Notes: generated from the sequence alone by a model not told the origin. A stretch of DNA of 64,000 nt from a virus (IMGVR_UViG_3300031963_011573:32001-96000), one strand, 5' to 3'; positions 10,801 through 21,209 are shown, counted from the first letter of the stretch. Numbers and translations: made by a program.

Positions 10801-13769
10801 TAGATCAATTAAGGAATGAGTATTTCACCAAATACGTCAAAAATTATAACTTAAAAGATTTTATACGTTTAATTAAGTTTTTTGACAACTCATTATTTAA
10901 AATGATTAGAGATTTTGTACCCGCACGTACAAGTCTTGCCTCTGGTATTGTTATCAAACAACATTTACTTGAAAGAAACAAATACCCACAACCTCAAATG
11001 TCTTGGGAAAACTTAGATATTTCTGGAACTTTAAAACCAACATGGAATGGGTATGAACCTGGAACAGTAGAAAATTTTGAAGGTGGAACAGGAGGTTCTT
11101 TTGAACCATTTAATCTAGCAACTAATGTATCTCAAAGTTGGTATGAAACTATTCAAACCCTTTCAGGCTCAGTAAATATATTACACAATTCACAAGATGA
11201 GTTTTATAATGGAGAATTTAGTGGCTCAACTATTTTAATTTCTGATGGGATTGTAAATGAAGCTTATCCTATAGAAAATAAAGCATTTGATTACAAACAA
11301 ATATACTATTATGGGACTTCATCTAAAGAAAGTTCTGTATTTGAAGATAATTTTTTAAACCCTAATACCTCCCCAGAGGATGGAGAAATATTGTTTTTTA
11401 GTCAAGTTAAAAGAGTAAAAGTTTCTTTAATTTTCATTAATGTTTATACTTTTAAATATTTAAAAATTGCTAAAACTGATTGTAATGGAAATAATAATGA
11501 TGTTCCGTTAAGTCAAACAAAGAAAATTTTAGTTAATACTCCACTTTCAACAGGAACTTTTGTTATAGAATATGATGTTACACTTATAGGTGAAAGTGGT
11601 AATTATTACTTATATGAAATAAGTTCTGCTAAAAAACAAGGAATCTTTACACCTTATAGTCCTTTTGGTTTCCCAAACCAAGTATTAGATTATTACGTAT
11701 CTGCTTCAAAAACCACCACAGACCCATTTTCCTCACAACCCATTAGAGTAACTAGTTGGCAATCTGAATCAGGAGATGTTCTTGGATATTTCAACCCAAT
11801 TTCAGGAATATATAATTTACAAAATACCCCCAACACACCTCTTATAATTTCAGCATCATTTAATGTATCCCAATCAGGTGCAGGAAGTGCTGGTACATGT
11901 TCTATTTCATTTTTTGATAGTATTGCTAATAAAGTATCAACCAATTTAGCTTCAGTAACTTTCCCATCAACTTTTACTGGAACAAAAACAGTATCAACTA
12001 CCTACTATGGAGTAGAAGGAGAAAATATTTGTCTTTCAATTAAAGGAGGAACCAATGTTAAATTAACTGGTTCAAATTTACTTATCACCCAAAGTAGAGC
12101 AGTAAGTTCCTCAAATTGTGAAAGTTTAATTCTTGAACCTTACATTTCTCTTCCGAATTTTTATAATAGCGATGAAAATGCTTTAATTAATAGTGTTGAT
12201 GGATTAAGAGATAGCTCTTATTATATGGATGTTGATTACACATCAGGTATAACAACCCCAGTTAATTTTAATCAATTAATAGATGGAAGTGCTACTAGAG
12301 CAAAAGTACAAGATTCGAATTATACAACTAAACGCCATATCCTTCCTAGATATGAAGGTTCAAGATCAACTTCCCAATTTTTAAACAAATGGTCCTTTAA
12401 TGATGTTGGTACTTTTGGTAAATTACCAACAATTGAAAATGTAAGTTCATTTGTTGCTTATGCTCCTAGTATTGGAGGATGGCCTCCTGAACGTATGAAT
12501 GCATCTGCTATATTTATAAAATATTTAATTGACCAAAACGGAGATGTTTTAATCCCCAATACATCTGAAAATTCACTATCAATTACTCAACAAAATTTTA
12601 GATCAGGAGATAAAGTAAGAATCACAGTTCCATCTCAAGGAAGTGGAGAAGTATCTAATTTAAGAACAATAATTAGAGGGGGTACTCGTATTGAACCTAT
12701 TTTATATACTCAATTTGGAAGTACTCCAAATGCACAATGGAATACAACAATAAATTTTGAAGATATTATTCCTTCTGATGCTGGAGTTGTAGGAAACTAC
12801 ACAGCCTTATTTAAAAAAACCAATATCCAATTCCCCATCCCTCAGAATGGTACAACTTTAATTATTTTTCAACAATCAATTTATGGAAATTCCTATTATA
12901 ATACTAATGGGTATCAAATACCTTCTTCAGCTATTATTGATGGAGTTAATTTAATATTTGAAGCCCAAGTTAAAATAGATGGTGATTTTATTGGTTTTGG
13001 TACTTACGTTGTTCAAATATTTAATTCTACTACAGGAAAGGTATTAGGTGAAGTTTCCAATAAAAATAATCCTGCTTATTCATCTCCAAATTTTAACGGA
13101 ATTTTTTATGTATCTGCAACTTTAAATAACTCCCAACTTCAAACTAATGATATTATAAAAGTTCAACTTAAAACTAGTACTGTTAATCCTTTAACTTTAA
13201 TCCAAAGTAATTCCACCTCCTTTAAAATCACTCAATACCCAGCCTATACAACCCCAATAACATCTTCAGGGGTTAATTCAATTTGGGGATATGCAGATAC
13301 AACAAATTATCCATATGTTATAACATCTTCTAATTCAACTTTAGTTGAGTTATATGACTCAAATGTTAAACAATCCAATATATCAGGATCAGGATTTAAT
13401 CCTATATCTTTACCTTGGTCTATAAAATATGGGGATGAATTTAGATTTGAGGGAAGAGAAGACTTTACATTTATTGTAGGACAAGTATTCAACCCTGCTG
13501 AAAGTGGCTCAGGACGTTTATTTGAAACAGGATCTATTGAAGTCCATTTTAGTACTAATCTCCCAGTAAGTGCTAGTTCCTCGATATTTAATTTAGACCA
13601 TTTTTTAATTAGAAGATATGTTGATGATGCTTCACAAATTTTAATTGAAGGATTCAAACCAGTAAACACAAATGGACCATACATTATAACCCCAGAATAT
13701 GTAACTGATTCATTAAACAAAAACGCTGATACATTTATTACGGATCTTACCGAAAGAGGTTTGCTCTAG
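7818..13769 (+). CDS. Very large baseplate/tail structural protein (1983 aa)
   Basis: Contains LPYLLKSKGTLPGLRALITSYG, a gp7/tail-protein-I-like KGT motif, and MIRDFVPART; many beta-rich domains. Confidence 0.65.
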   Translation: MAAEIIQIDTQTFTSQTYEGQDTNLIPTFEVPTNLSENSYIEYFTYDNNQNILTSDYNFTQYTIQNDGQSAGNEGNISQIIVDPEQVLVNNGFDQGEYITYFNFFNKQVGSNLEQLYISEISSDRTEIRLDSTVLSNPDIVEQTTKFISERENSEYFLDFYLNFGDNQLIISNNVVLDNQDPTNPTVLIKLYEPLPEEFDINSTLWVVSLVEEPRAYQVTFEEEPIIFVDTVNISGPNFNLDIKDQVNNSTLELSYIDLITTSLTSSQNQLNSLLEEKEIDINVDYTDFSNFVHFSSAQTRLENFYYKTQLIEQYSSSIAVLNNTVNSPLNVSSSAAVYESKISEIITNFDGYEYFLYYENNPYTWPKTNNQKPYTLEKSDSTIVLSWIGSTNEYSPYYGGLILSASLYDNNNKDNLLFTIPEYLRDDPENNQYELFVQMVAQHYDNIWIYYKEVTQKYNADNRLEYGISKDIVADAIRDFGVKLYQNNFSNDDLYTAFLGITPEGGLFPFPNITGSLPTPPGFEYINTLISASNDYMPLDDVNKSLYKRIYHNLPYLLKSKGTLPGLRALITSYGIPDTILRINEFGGKDKINVNDWDSWQNEFNYAFNTSGSNFISSSWELNPTWNAPNNVPSTLMFRFKTDGLPSNNILYSQSLWYGDGGSALVLKYTGSAYVSESYSGSIIDPYYQYANVIFYPDVNNSTQTASVYLPFYNGGWWSVMVTKNSNTYTLHSQNKIYEGGDNGTLLGFKASSSITYASSAWTNTSTSYFPVSFSISGTIGYDISAYDVGVYDEVGNLAGSFIPFVGAYQEIRYYTVPISESVFIDYTMNPHSVEGNSLNSSPDELAFRASIGGEQYTASISIHPKVTGSWQTTHSFASDSNFYYDTSPNFIPNVEYTFADQPIAGIKNIVNDKIRVENNVLPEGDTLSQYRSLSQQANISQSYTPSINYLEVAFSPQNEINEDIVDQLGYFNIGEFIGDPRLRSSSAESYPALDQLRNEYFTKYVKNYNLKDFIRLIKFFDNSLFKMIRDFVPARTSLASGIVIKQHLLERNKYPQPQMSWENLDISGTLKPTWNGYEPGTVENFEGGTGGSFEPFNLATNVSQSWYETIQTLSGSVNILHNSQDEFYNGEFSGSTILISDGIVNEAYPIENKAFDYKQIYYYGTSSKESSVFEDNFLNPNTSPEDGEILFFSQVKRVKVSLIFINVYTFKYLKIAKTDCNGNNNDVPLSQTKKILVNTPLSTGTFVIEYDVTLIGESGNYYLYEISSAKKQGIFTPYSPFGFPNQVLDYYVSASKTTTDPFSSQPIRVTSWQSESGDVLGYFNPISGIYNLQNTPNTPLIISASFNVSQSGAGSAGTCSISFFDSIANKVSTNLASVTFPSTFTGTKTVSTTYYGVEGENICLSIKGGTNVKLTGSNLLITQSRAVSSSNCESLILEPYISLPNFYNSDENALINSVDGLRDSSYYMDVDYTSGITTPVNFNQLIDGSATRAKVQDSNYTTKRHILPRYEGSRSTSQFLNKWSFNDVGTFGKLPTIENVSSFVAYAPSIGGWPPERMNASAIFIKYLIDQNGDVLIPNTSENSLSITQQNFRSGDKVRITVPSQGSGEVSNLRTIIRGGTRIEPILYTQFGSTPNAQWNTTINFEDIIPSDAGVVGNYTALFKKTNIQFPIPQNGTTLIIFQQSIYGNSYYNTNGYQIPSSAIIDGVNLIFEAQVKIDGDFIGFGTYVVQIFNSTTGKVLGEVSNKNNPAYSSPNFNGIFYVSATLNNSQLQTNDIIKVQLKTSTVNPLTLIQSNSTSFKITQYPAYTTPITSSGVNSIWGYADTTNYPYVITSSNSTLVELYDSNVKQSNISGSGFNPISLPWSIKYGDEFRFEGREDFTFIVGQVFNPAESGSGRLFETGSIEVHFSTNLPVSASSSIFNLDHFLIRRYVDDASQILIEGFKPVNTNGPYIITPEYVTDSLNKNADTFITDLTERGLL

Positions 13770-13771
13770 CA

Positions 13772-13780
13772 ATATTTATT
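13772..13780 (+). promoter_or_regulatory. Putative late promoter ATATTTATT
   Basis: Motif in the intergenic gap before 13810. Confidence 0.55.
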
Positions 13781-13809
13781 AGTATAATACATTTATATAA
13801 TATAAAACA

Positions 13810-14469
13810 ATGGGATATTTAAACAATACAGTCGTTACAATTGACGCTATACTAACAACAAAAGGTAGAGAACTTTTAGCTAAAAATGATGGTTCTTTTA
13901 GAATTACACAATTTTCATTAGCAGATGACGAGATAGATTATACCTTATATAATCCAAACCACCCATCAGGTTCTTCATTTTATGGAGAAGCAATTGAGAA
14001 CATGCCTTTACTTGAGGCATTTCCTCTTGAAACTCAAATCATGAAATACAAGTTAGCTACTTTACCTCGTGGAACCGCTAAACTACCTGTACTTGATTTA
14101 GGTTATTCTGCTATTACTTTAGTTCAAGGAGCTTCACTTGCAATTACTCCACAAACATTGAATTATTTAGGAAATAACCAAACATATGAAACAAGTGGAT
14201 ATTCAGCTACAATTTCAGATGTTAGATTAATGAGCACATTTACTGGAATAGGAATCAACACACCATCAGCTCAATCAGCTAATACTCAAACAACTACATT
14301 AGGTACTAATGTTTCTACAACAGTAATAGGTTCTCAAATCAACTTAAGAGCAACCACAGTAAATACATTATTTGGAACAAACACTCAACTTTCAGCTACA
14401 TTAACTGTTGTAGGTTTAGACAGTGGAGCTAGATTAACTATTCCTATTACAATCAACAAAACCCAATAA
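13810..14469 (+). CDS. Virion structural protein (baseplate/fibre-attachment type)
   Basis: DAILTTKGRELLA..ITQFSLADDEIDY N-terminus resembles tail-collar/fibre N-terminal domains. Confidence 0.6.
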   Translation: MGYLNNTVVTIDAILTTKGRELLAKNDGSFRITQFSLADDEIDYTLYNPNHPSGSSFYGEAIENMPLLEAFPLETQIMKYKLATLPRGTAKLPVLDLGYSAITLVQGASLAITPQTLNYLGNNQTYETSGYSATISDVRLMSTFTGIGINTPSAQSANTQTTTLGTNVSTTVIGSQINLRATTVNTLFGTNTQLSATLTVVGLDSGARLTIPITINKTQ

Positions 14470-14480
14470 AATAATAAACA

Positions 14481-15491
14481 ATGTCATTTAAAAGATTTGA
14501 TCCCGAAGACTTTTTAGTAAGCAGTGATTCAATTACCTCTACATTATGGTCAAACGGAGTCCCAACATTATCAACATTTTTTACTAGTTCCCTTCAACAA
14601 GCTAGTTCTGCTGGAAATTATTATGCAAGTGTTTATAATACTTCCTCAAACGAACAAGAAATTCAATTTGATATAGTATATTGTGATTCTCAAGGGAGTG
14701 GTAGTACATGGTTTAATCAAATTGTAGATTTTGCTTCCCCAACAAAAACAATGTATGGTCAATATCGTGCATTGATTTTAGAAGATGAGAATGCAAATTT
14801 CATATTTGGGAAAGGAAATAACGTTATAACAGGCTCGTATTTTTGGGTATTATCTATAGAACGTGCACGATATAAACAATCATTGTTTCCTGGGTCTTTA
14901 AATTTAACTCTTTTGGGCCCAAACAGTGAGATCATTAATTTAACAGATGACTCCCAAGACAACCCAGTAAATACATTTATTGGATCCTCTCGTGTTTACC
15001 AATTAATTTCAGGATCAAATGGAACAGCAGGATCTTTACTAAACAGTGGATATGTACCCGGATCAGGATCATATGGTTTAGTATTCCCTGATTTAGGAAC
15101 TATTATATTAAACCCATTTGCATTATCTCAATCACTTGAACTTTTTCCAAGCCGCTCAAACAATTCAGATGGAGGAAATAATGGAAGATTATTTACAGCT
15201 ATTAGTGGAGGAGCTTCATTTGCTTTAAACTCAGAAGAAACAATCACCTCAGATTATGTATTTGTTAGAGCAAGAAACAGTGAATTTAACTACTCAGAAA
15301 ATCCTTCATTTATTTCTGGTTCTACTGGTGAGGTAATTTACGATAATTTTATAAATGCCCCTCAAACATACATCACAACTGTGGGAATGTATAATGATTC
15401 AAATGAACTCTTAGCAGTAGCTAAATTATCTAGACCATTATTGAAAGATTTTACAAAAGAAGCATTGATTAGAGTAAAACTTGATTTTTAA
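14481..15491 (+). CDS. Virion structural protein, paralogue A
   Basis: C-terminal YITTVGMYNDSNELLAVAKLSRPLLK...RVKLDF. Confidence 0.65.
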   Translation: MSFKRFDPEDFLVSSDSITSTLWSNGVPTLSTFFTSSLQQASSAGNYYASVYNTSSNEQEIQFDIVYCDSQGSGSTWFNQIVDFASPTKTMYGQYRALILEDENANFIFGKGNNVITGSYFWVLSIERARYKQSLFPGSLNLTLLGPNSEIINLTDDSQDNPVNTFIGSSRVYQLISGSNGTAGSLLNSGYVPGSGSYGLVFPDLGTIILNPFALSQSLELFPSRSNNSDGGNNGRLFTAISGGASFALNSEETITSDYVFVRARNSEFNYSENPSFISGSTGEVIYDNFINAPQTYITTVGMYNDSNELLAVAKLSRPLLKDFTKEALIRVKLDF

Positions 15492-15497
15492 GAATGA

Positions 15498-16535
15498 ATG
15501 AGCGTCTACAAACCATTCATAACTTCTGACGTTATTGTCTCACCTTTTAAGGTAAATAAATCATTTACTTTTAAGGGAAATGAACTTACTGGCTCAAACG
15601 TAGAAATTGATAGATATATTGGAAGAAATATTACCTCATCTTTATGGGTTTCTGGTTCATACCCTACAGGACATATTACTACTCAAGATGAAATTCTAGT
15701 ATACCGTTCCATAAAAGAACTATACTATTCCAACTACTTAACAAACCCATCAGGTTCCCCAGCAGGCACTGCCTCATTTAATACAGATGGAACAATTACA
15801 GGACCAGCTTATACTACAAATTACTACAATTATCTTTCAACTACATTACCAACTTATAGATATATTCCTACAGAATCAAACGCTGCTATAGGTGTAATAT
15901 CTATCCCCTCAAATTTATTTGGAGAATACCTTAACCCAGGTACAGTTAGTATTTCAAACGGAAATATCACCATTACAGATGATGGTTTAGGAAATATGAT
16001 TTCCGGTTCCTTAAAATTTGGAGATGTAATTTATGAGCATGGGATTATTACTATAACTAGCACTGGAGTTACTGGTGTTGATGATGGGTATGGTTATATA
16101 ACTTATGGTTCGGGTTTATATGGTGGTGCTACTTTTAATTTTATAAACGGTTTTATAAATGGGAATAACGTAACATGTTCTTTCCAAAGCACAACCACAA
16201 TATATGAAACCCAATACAAATGCACTATCAGACAAAATGAATTTAATTTTTCACAAAACCCAACAATTTTAGGTTTACTTGATCAAGGATACGACATAGA
16301 TTACTATAATGAAGTATTAACCTATGAAGATGATGCTATATATGATGGGTATGATTCACCAACATCAACAACCGATATTTATCCTTGGGCAACAGGTTCA
16401 TATTTTACACCTTATATCACAACAGTAGGATTGTACAATAACAACAAAGAACTTTTAGCAGTAGCTAAACTTGCTCAACCTTTACCAATCTCATCAGTTA
16501 CCGATACTAACATAATAATCAATTTAGATTTATAA
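15498..16535 (+). CDS. Virion structural protein, paralogue B
   Basis: C-terminal YITTVGLYNNNKELLAVAKLAQPLP...INLDL and EFNFSQNP shared with the upstream gene. Confidence 0.65.
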   Translation: MSVYKPFITSDVIVSPFKVNKSFTFKGNELTGSNVEIDRYIGRNITSSLWVSGSYPTGHITTQDEILVYRSIKELYYSNYLTNPSGSPAGTASFNTDGTITGPAYTTNYYNYLSTTLPTYRYIPTESNAAIGVISIPSNLFGEYLNPGTVSISNGNITITDDGLGNMISGSLKFGDVIYEHGIITITSTGVTGVDDGYGYITYGSGLYGGATFNFINGFINGNNVTCSFQSTTTIYETQYKCTIRQNEFNFSQNPTILGLLDQGYDIDYYNEVLTYEDDAIYDGYDSPTSTTDIYPWATGSYFTPYITTVGLYNNNKELLAVAKLAQPLPISSVTDTNIIINLDL

Positions 16536-16543
16536 TATTTATA
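16535..16543 (+). promoter_or_regulatory. Putative late promoter ATATTTATA
   Basis: Motif 4 nt before ATG 16548. Confidence 0.6.
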
Positions 16544-16547
16544 ACAT

Positions 16548-18023
16548 ATGGCAAATACACTTACTCAAGTAGGAATTGAAACAGGAAATGCAGTTGAGGC
16601 ATATCATGTTACTCAATCAATTGATGCTTTTACTGGAGCAATAGCATATGATATTACTCTTTCAGGCTCATTTAATATGACGGGCCCCATTAATGGACAA
16701 TCAGGATTAATTAACCCATTAACCGCCTCTTATGCCATATCATCATCGCGTGCTATATCGGCTTCATTTGTAACCAGTGCTTCATATGCTTTAAGTTCTT
16801 CACGTGCTATATCGGCTTCATTTGTAACTAGTGCTTCATATGCTTTAAGTTCATCTTACGCGGTAACAGCTTCTCATGTACCGAACACATTTGTACAGAA
16901 TGGAAATAGTTTTGGTACAACCGCAACACTTGGAACCAATGATACTCAACCTTTAATATTTGAAACAAATAATACTCAAAGAATTTACATATCTAGCTCA
17001 GGTAACATTGGAATCAACACTATTTTACCTACAGCTCGTCTCTTTATTTCAGAATCTACTAGCCAAATTGCATTGAGAATTTCCCAAGCAGGTACAGGTA
17101 ATGCATTGCAAATAGAAGACGCTGCATCAGATACTTCTCCATTTATAGTAGACCAAAATGGTAATGCTGCTATAGGAAAAACTTCAGTTGATTCTTATGG
17201 TACAAATCCTTACAAACTACAAGTTAGTGGAAGTACAAATCTTTCCTCACCCCAATCTTTTACAACTAGTCAACCTCCAGTATTATCTATTACTAATCTT
17301 TTTGATGGTTTTAATAGAATGATTGAATATGCTACTAGAATCTCTGGTTCTGCAACATATGTTAAAAGAATAATATCTAATGGTGGGTATCATGCAAATA
17401 ATCCTGTATTTCATAACTATGCTTGTGATATAATTGGTGAATCTAATAATCCTACTAGCGGATTAAACAATAATATAGATTATACTCTAGGTTGGAGATG
17501 GGGAACATTCAACTCGAGTAATTATCAGATATACATGCAGCTAAATTCTAGTGGATCTAAAGCTGGAAATTTAGGTTTAGGCTTAGGATCTTTTGGTGAT
17601 CCTAATTATTTAATTCATTTAGGAGCAGATTCTGCAGGTAAACCAGGTGGAGGAAGCTGGACAGATAGTTCAGATGAACGACTTAAAGAAAACATTGAAT
17701 TAGCAGATTTAGATATATGCTATAATGTTGTTAAAAATTTACCACTTAAAAGATATCGTTGGAAAAATAATTCATACACAGATGAACAGATAGTAGATAG
17801 AAATGTTGTTGGGTGGATAGCACAAGATGTTGCAGATGTCTTTCCAAAAGCTGTTAATTTAAAACCATTTACTCAAGTAGATGGAACAGTTTTAGAGGAT
17901 TGTCTATCTCTTAACGAAACAATGATCAACAGAACGTTATATGGTGCTGTACAAAAACTTATACAAGAAAATGAAACGTTAAAATCTGAAATAGAGGCAA
18001 TTAAAACACACTTAGGTTTATAA
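16548..18023 (+). CDS. Tail fibre/spike with C-terminal peptidase S74 intramolecular chaperone
   Basis: SSDERLKENI cleavage motif, GWIAQDV, terminal coiled coil; GNIGIN beta repeats; TASYA repeats. Confidence 0.85.
   Translation: MANTLTQVGIETGNAVEAYHVTQSIDAFTGAIAYDITLSGSFNMTGPINGQSGLINPLTASYAISSSRAISASFVTSASYALSSSRAISASFVTSASYALSSSYAVTASHVPNTFVQNGNSFGTTATLGTNDTQPLIFETNNTQRIYISSSGNIGINTILPTARLFISESTSQIALRISQAGTGNALQIEDAASDTSPFIVDQNGNAAIGKTSVDSYGTNPYKLQVSGSTNLSSPQSFTTSQPPVLSITNLFDGFNRMIEYATRISGSATYVKRIISNGGYHANNPVFHNYACDIIGESNNPTSGLNNNIDYTLGWRWGTFNSSNYQIYMQLNSSGSKAGNLGLGLGSFGDPNYLIHLGADSAGKPGGGSWTDSSDERLKENIELADLDICYNVVKNLPLKRYRWKNNSYTDEQIVDRNVVGWIAQDVADVFPKAVNLKPFTQVDGTVLEDCLSLNETMINRTLYGAVQKLIQENETLKSEIEAIKTHLGL
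16749..16852 (+). repeat. Near-perfect 54-bp tandem duplication (SRAISASFVTSASYALSS x2)
   Basis: cgtgctatatcggcttcatttgtaacYagtgcttcatatgctttaagttc at 16749 and 16803. Confidence 0.9.
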
Positions 18024-18033
18024 TTTACATTTT

Positions 18034-18483
18034 ATGTCAAATTGGTTATACAAAAATAAAGAGATATCCTCAATAGAGGATATACCTCAAAACACATTCG
18101 GTTTCATATATATTACAACTCATACTCCAACCGGTAAAAAATACTTAGGTAAAAAATCTATTTACCATAACGTAAAGAAAAAACTTACCAAAAAGGAACT
18201 TGCCGAACAACCTGTAACTAGAGGTAGAAAATCTACTACCACTACAATCCAAAAAGAATCAGATTGGAAAACATATTATGGTTCAGAGGAATTTATCAAA
18301 CAAAAAATAAAAGATAAAAAACAAGAAGAATTCACTCGAGAAATACTGTTTTTTGTTCCAAATAAAAAACTTTTAACCTACTACGAGTGTAAATACCAAT
18401 TTGTTTATGGTGTATTAGAGTCTGATGAATGGCTTAATACTAATATCTTAGGTAAATTCTATTCAAAAGACTTTGTTGCTTAA
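18034..18483 (+). CDS. Small GIY-YIG-family nuclease
   Basis: FGFIYITT...KKYLGKK and ESDWKTYYGS motifs, typical of the short GIY-YIG family of T4-like phages. Confidence 0.75.
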   Translation: MSNWLYKNKEISSIEDIPQNTFGFIYITTHTPTGKKYLGKKSIYHNVKKKLTKKELAEQPVTRGRKSTTTTIQKESDWKTYYGSEEFIKQKIKDKKQEEFTREILFFVPNKKLLTYYECKYQFVYGVLESDEWLNTNILGKFYSKDFVA

Positions 18484-18502
18484 GGTTTTTTTCTTATATT
18501 AC
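18472..18502 (+). promoter_or_regulatory. Bacteroidota-type housekeeping promoter (-33 TTTG / -7 TATATTAC)
   Basis: TTTG at 18472-75, 19-nt spacer, TATATTAC at 18495-502, upstream of the primase gene. Confidence 0.55.
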
Positions 18503-18507
18503 CATAT

Positions 18508-19437
18508 ATGGTAAACGAACTGCTAGTTAATTTAGTAAATTCTGTTTTAGGGGTAGGAAAACGAACAGCAAGAGGAAATCAAGCATATACATGTCCTTTT
18601 TGCCATCATCATAAGCCAAAACTTGAAGTTAATTTTACTGAAAACAAAGAAGGAAATAATCCTTGGGCGTGTTGGACTTGTGGTAAAAAAGGCAAAACAG
18701 TTAAAAGTTTATTTAAACAAATTCAAGTTGATGCAAGTTATTTTCAAGAATTGAGTAAACTTGTAAAAAATGTTTCTATAGAAGACATAGGAGAAATAAA
18801 ACAATCTTTACTTGAATTACCAAAAGAATTCAAAACCTTTATCAACAACAAAGATATTATAGCAAAACATGCTTTAGCATACCTTAAAAAACGAAACCTT
18901 ACCAAACAAGATATTTTAAAATATAACATTGGTTATTGTGATTCAGGTCAATATAATAATATGGTAGTTATACCTTCATATGATAACAACGGTAAATTAA
19001 ATTATTTTACCGCGAGATCATTTGAGAAAGATCCTTATGTCAAATACCGCAACCCCGAAACGTCTCGCGATATAATACCGTTTGAATTGTTTGTTAATTG
19101 GGATTTACCTATTATATTATGTGAGGGCCCATTTGATGCAATAGCAATTAAACGTAATGTTATACCGTTATTTGGTAAAAATATACAACCAACTTTAATG
19201 AAAAAGTTAGTAGAATCAAAAGTTCAAAAAATATACATTGCATTAGATACTGATGCTTTAAAACAAGCCCTTGGTTTTTGTGAACAGCTTTTAGACATTG
19301 GAAAAGAAGTTTATCTTGTAGAAATGCAAGGAAAAGATCCAAGTGAAATGGGTTTTGAAAACTTTACTAAACTTATACAAACAGTTTCTCCTTTAACACA
19401 ATATAATTTAATGGAGAAAAAATTATATACCATATGA
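18508..19437 (+). CDS. DNA primase (Zn finger + TOPRIM)
   Basis: CPFC...CWTC zinc finger, EGPFDA, ALDTDA, KDPSE motifs. Confidence 0.9.
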   Translation: MVNELLVNLVNSVLGVGKRTARGNQAYTCPFCHHHKPKLEVNFTENKEGNNPWACWTCGKKGKTVKSLFKQIQVDASYFQELSKLVKNVSIEDIGEIKQSLLELPKEFKTFINNKDIIAKHALAYLKKRNLTKQDILKYNIGYCDSGQYNNMVVIPSYDNNGKLNYFTARSFEKDPYVKYRNPETSRDIIPFELFVNWDLPIILCEGPFDAIAIKRNVIPLFGKNIQPTLMKKLVESKVQKIYIALDTDALKQALGFCEQLLDIGKEVYLVEMQGKDPSEMGFENFTKLIQTVSPLTQYNLMEKKLYTI

Positions 19438-20198
19438 TCATTAAAAAACAATACCAACGTATACTCCAAATTTCTGAAGATTCTAAACAAATCACACTCC
19501 CTGATTCACGTTATTATTTACGAAATGGAGAATATTACCCCTCAATTACTTATATTTTACAGTACTACCCTAAAGGGAAACATTTTGAAGATTGGTTAAA
19601 ACAAGTAGGTAATAATGCTGATTATATTGTTAGAAAAGCAGCTGATGAAGGAACCCAAGTACATAATTTATGTGAATTATACTTAAAAAATGAAGAATTA
19701 AACTTCCTCTCCCCGTCAGGTGACCCTAAATATGATGTTAATATTTGGCAAATGTTTTTACGTTTTGTTGAATTTTGGGAGACTTTTAATCCTATACTTA
19801 TAGAAACAGAAGTACTTTTATTTTCTGATGAATGGAAAGTAGCAGGTACTTGTGATTTAGTAGTTGAAATTGGAGGGAAGATATGGGTATTAGATATTAA
19901 AACATCTAATCATTTACATACTATATATGATTTTCAAACAGCAGTATATGGAAAATGTTATGAAGAATGTTTTAATAAAAAAATAGATCACCGTGGTATT
20001 TTATGGCTTAAATCAGCTAAAAGAGGAGCTAAAAAAGATAAAATGCAAGGAAAAGGATGGGAAATAGTTGAATCTGCTCGTACATACGAGGAAGATTTAA
20101 ATTTATTTAAAACAGTAAAAACTATATTTGATTTAGAAAATCCTAACCATTCCCCGTCATTTACTGAATTTAGAACCACGGTTAAAAAAGAATCATAA
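19434..20198 (+). CDS. PD-(D/E)XK exonuclease
   Basis: YPSITYIL, GTQVH, AGTCDLV, LDIKTS, Q.AVY motifs. Confidence 0.85.
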   Translation: MIIKKQYQRILQISEDSKQITLPDSRYYLRNGEYYPSITYILQYYPKGKHFEDWLKQVGNNADYIVRKAADEGTQVHNLCELYLKNEELNFLSPSGDPKYDVNIWQMFLRFVEFWETFNPILIETEVLLFSDEWKVAGTCDLVVEIGGKIWVLDIKTSNHLHTIYDFQTAVYGKCYEECFNKKIDHRGILWLKSAKRGAKKDKMQGKGWEIVESARTYEEDLNLFKTVKTIFDLENPNHSPSFTEFRTTVKKES

Positions 20199-20206
20199 TA
20201 TGTATA
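20198..20206 (+). promoter_or_regulatory. Putative late promoter variant ATATGTATA
   Basis: Motif 3 nt before ATG 20210. Confidence 0.55.
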
Positions 20207-20209
20207 ATC

Positions 20210-20635
20210 ATGGTAAAATTATCTCAACTACTAAAAGAAATATATGCTGAACCTAATAAATTTAATTATCCCCCATTAATTAAATCTCTTACAGAATATA
20301 TGTTGGGAAAAGGAATGAATATTCGTCCTTTACCTAAAGTAAAATTTGTTGATGATGATATTGAAAATTCCCAAAATTTCTTTGGAAAAACAGCATATTA
20401 TAACCCGAATGAAAAATCAATAGTTTTATACACTTATGGGCGTCACCCAAAAGATATAATGCGTTCGTTTGCTCATGAAATGATTCACCATGAACAAAAT
20501 TGTGAAGGGCGTTTAGGTAATACTCCTACTACTAATATCAATGAAGATGATTATCTATATGAATTAGAAAAAGAAGCTAATACATTAGGAACCATGATAT
20601 TTAGAGAATGGACAGACAAAATAACAAATAATTAA
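20210..20635 (+). CDS. HExxH zinc-metallopeptidase-like protein with N-terminal KLSQLLKE motif
   Basis: AHEMIHHEQ followed by LEKEAN as third-ligand motif. Confidence 0.7.
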   Translation: MVKLSQLLKEIYAEPNKFNYPPLIKSLTEYMLGKGMNIRPLPKVKFVDDDIENSQNFFGKTAYYNPNEKSIVLYTYGRHPKDIMRSFAHEMIHHEQNCEGRLGNTPTTNINEDDYLYELEKEANTLGTMIFREWTDKITNN

Positions 20636-20636
20636 T

Positions 20637-21209
20637 ATGTCAGATAACGTTTTAAAAAAACAATTCCAAAAAAACGACGTAGAACGCCTACGTAACCTTA
20701 TTAAAGGTAAACACGGTGACCGAACCACAGTAGGAATTGGTTATAACGGAGAAATAATAGAAGACCATAAAGAAGGTGATATTTGGGAACAAGGAGGTAA
20801 AACTTGGACTATTCGAGATGGAATTAAAGAAAATATCACTAAACTAGATAAATTTAAAAAAGTAGCAGTTCCTTTATTTTGCCCTGATTGCAAACAAATT
20901 ATGGATAAACAATTAGATCCACATTATTTTAAATCATATGGTCATTGTCTAGATTGTAGAACAAAATTTGAAACTCAACTTAAACTAGAAGGCAAATGGG
21001 AGGAATACACTAATTCTACATTCAATGCCGAAATAGATAAACAAATAGAAGAATATAAAGGTTATTTTGAATCACTCCTTTCAGAAGGAAACCAAGACTA
21101 TGTTTCCGAAAATGGTGAAATTCAAAAATGGGTTGGTGGAATAGATAAAGAGCGTGCTCAAAACGCTTTAGATGAGATGGTTAAACACTTAAATTCTTTA
21201 AAAAAATAA
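20637..21209 (+). CDS. Hypothetical Zn-finger protein
   Basis: CPDC...CLDC. Confidence 0.7.
   Translation: MSDNVLKKQFQKNDVERLRNLIKGKHGDRTTVGIGYNGEIIEDHKEGDIWEQGGKTWTIRDGIKENITKLDKFKKVAVPLFCPDCKQIMDKQLDPHYFKSYGHCLDCRTKFETQLKLEGKWEEYTNSTFNAEIDKQIEEYKGYFESLLSEGNQDYVSENGEIQKWVGGIDKERAQNALDEMVKHLNSLKK

Noticed and set aside
19434-20198. Exonuclease considered as Cas4
   Set aside because: Lacks the C-terminal three-Cys Fe-S cluster motif and lies next to primase, so an ordinary phage PD-(D/E)XK nuclease
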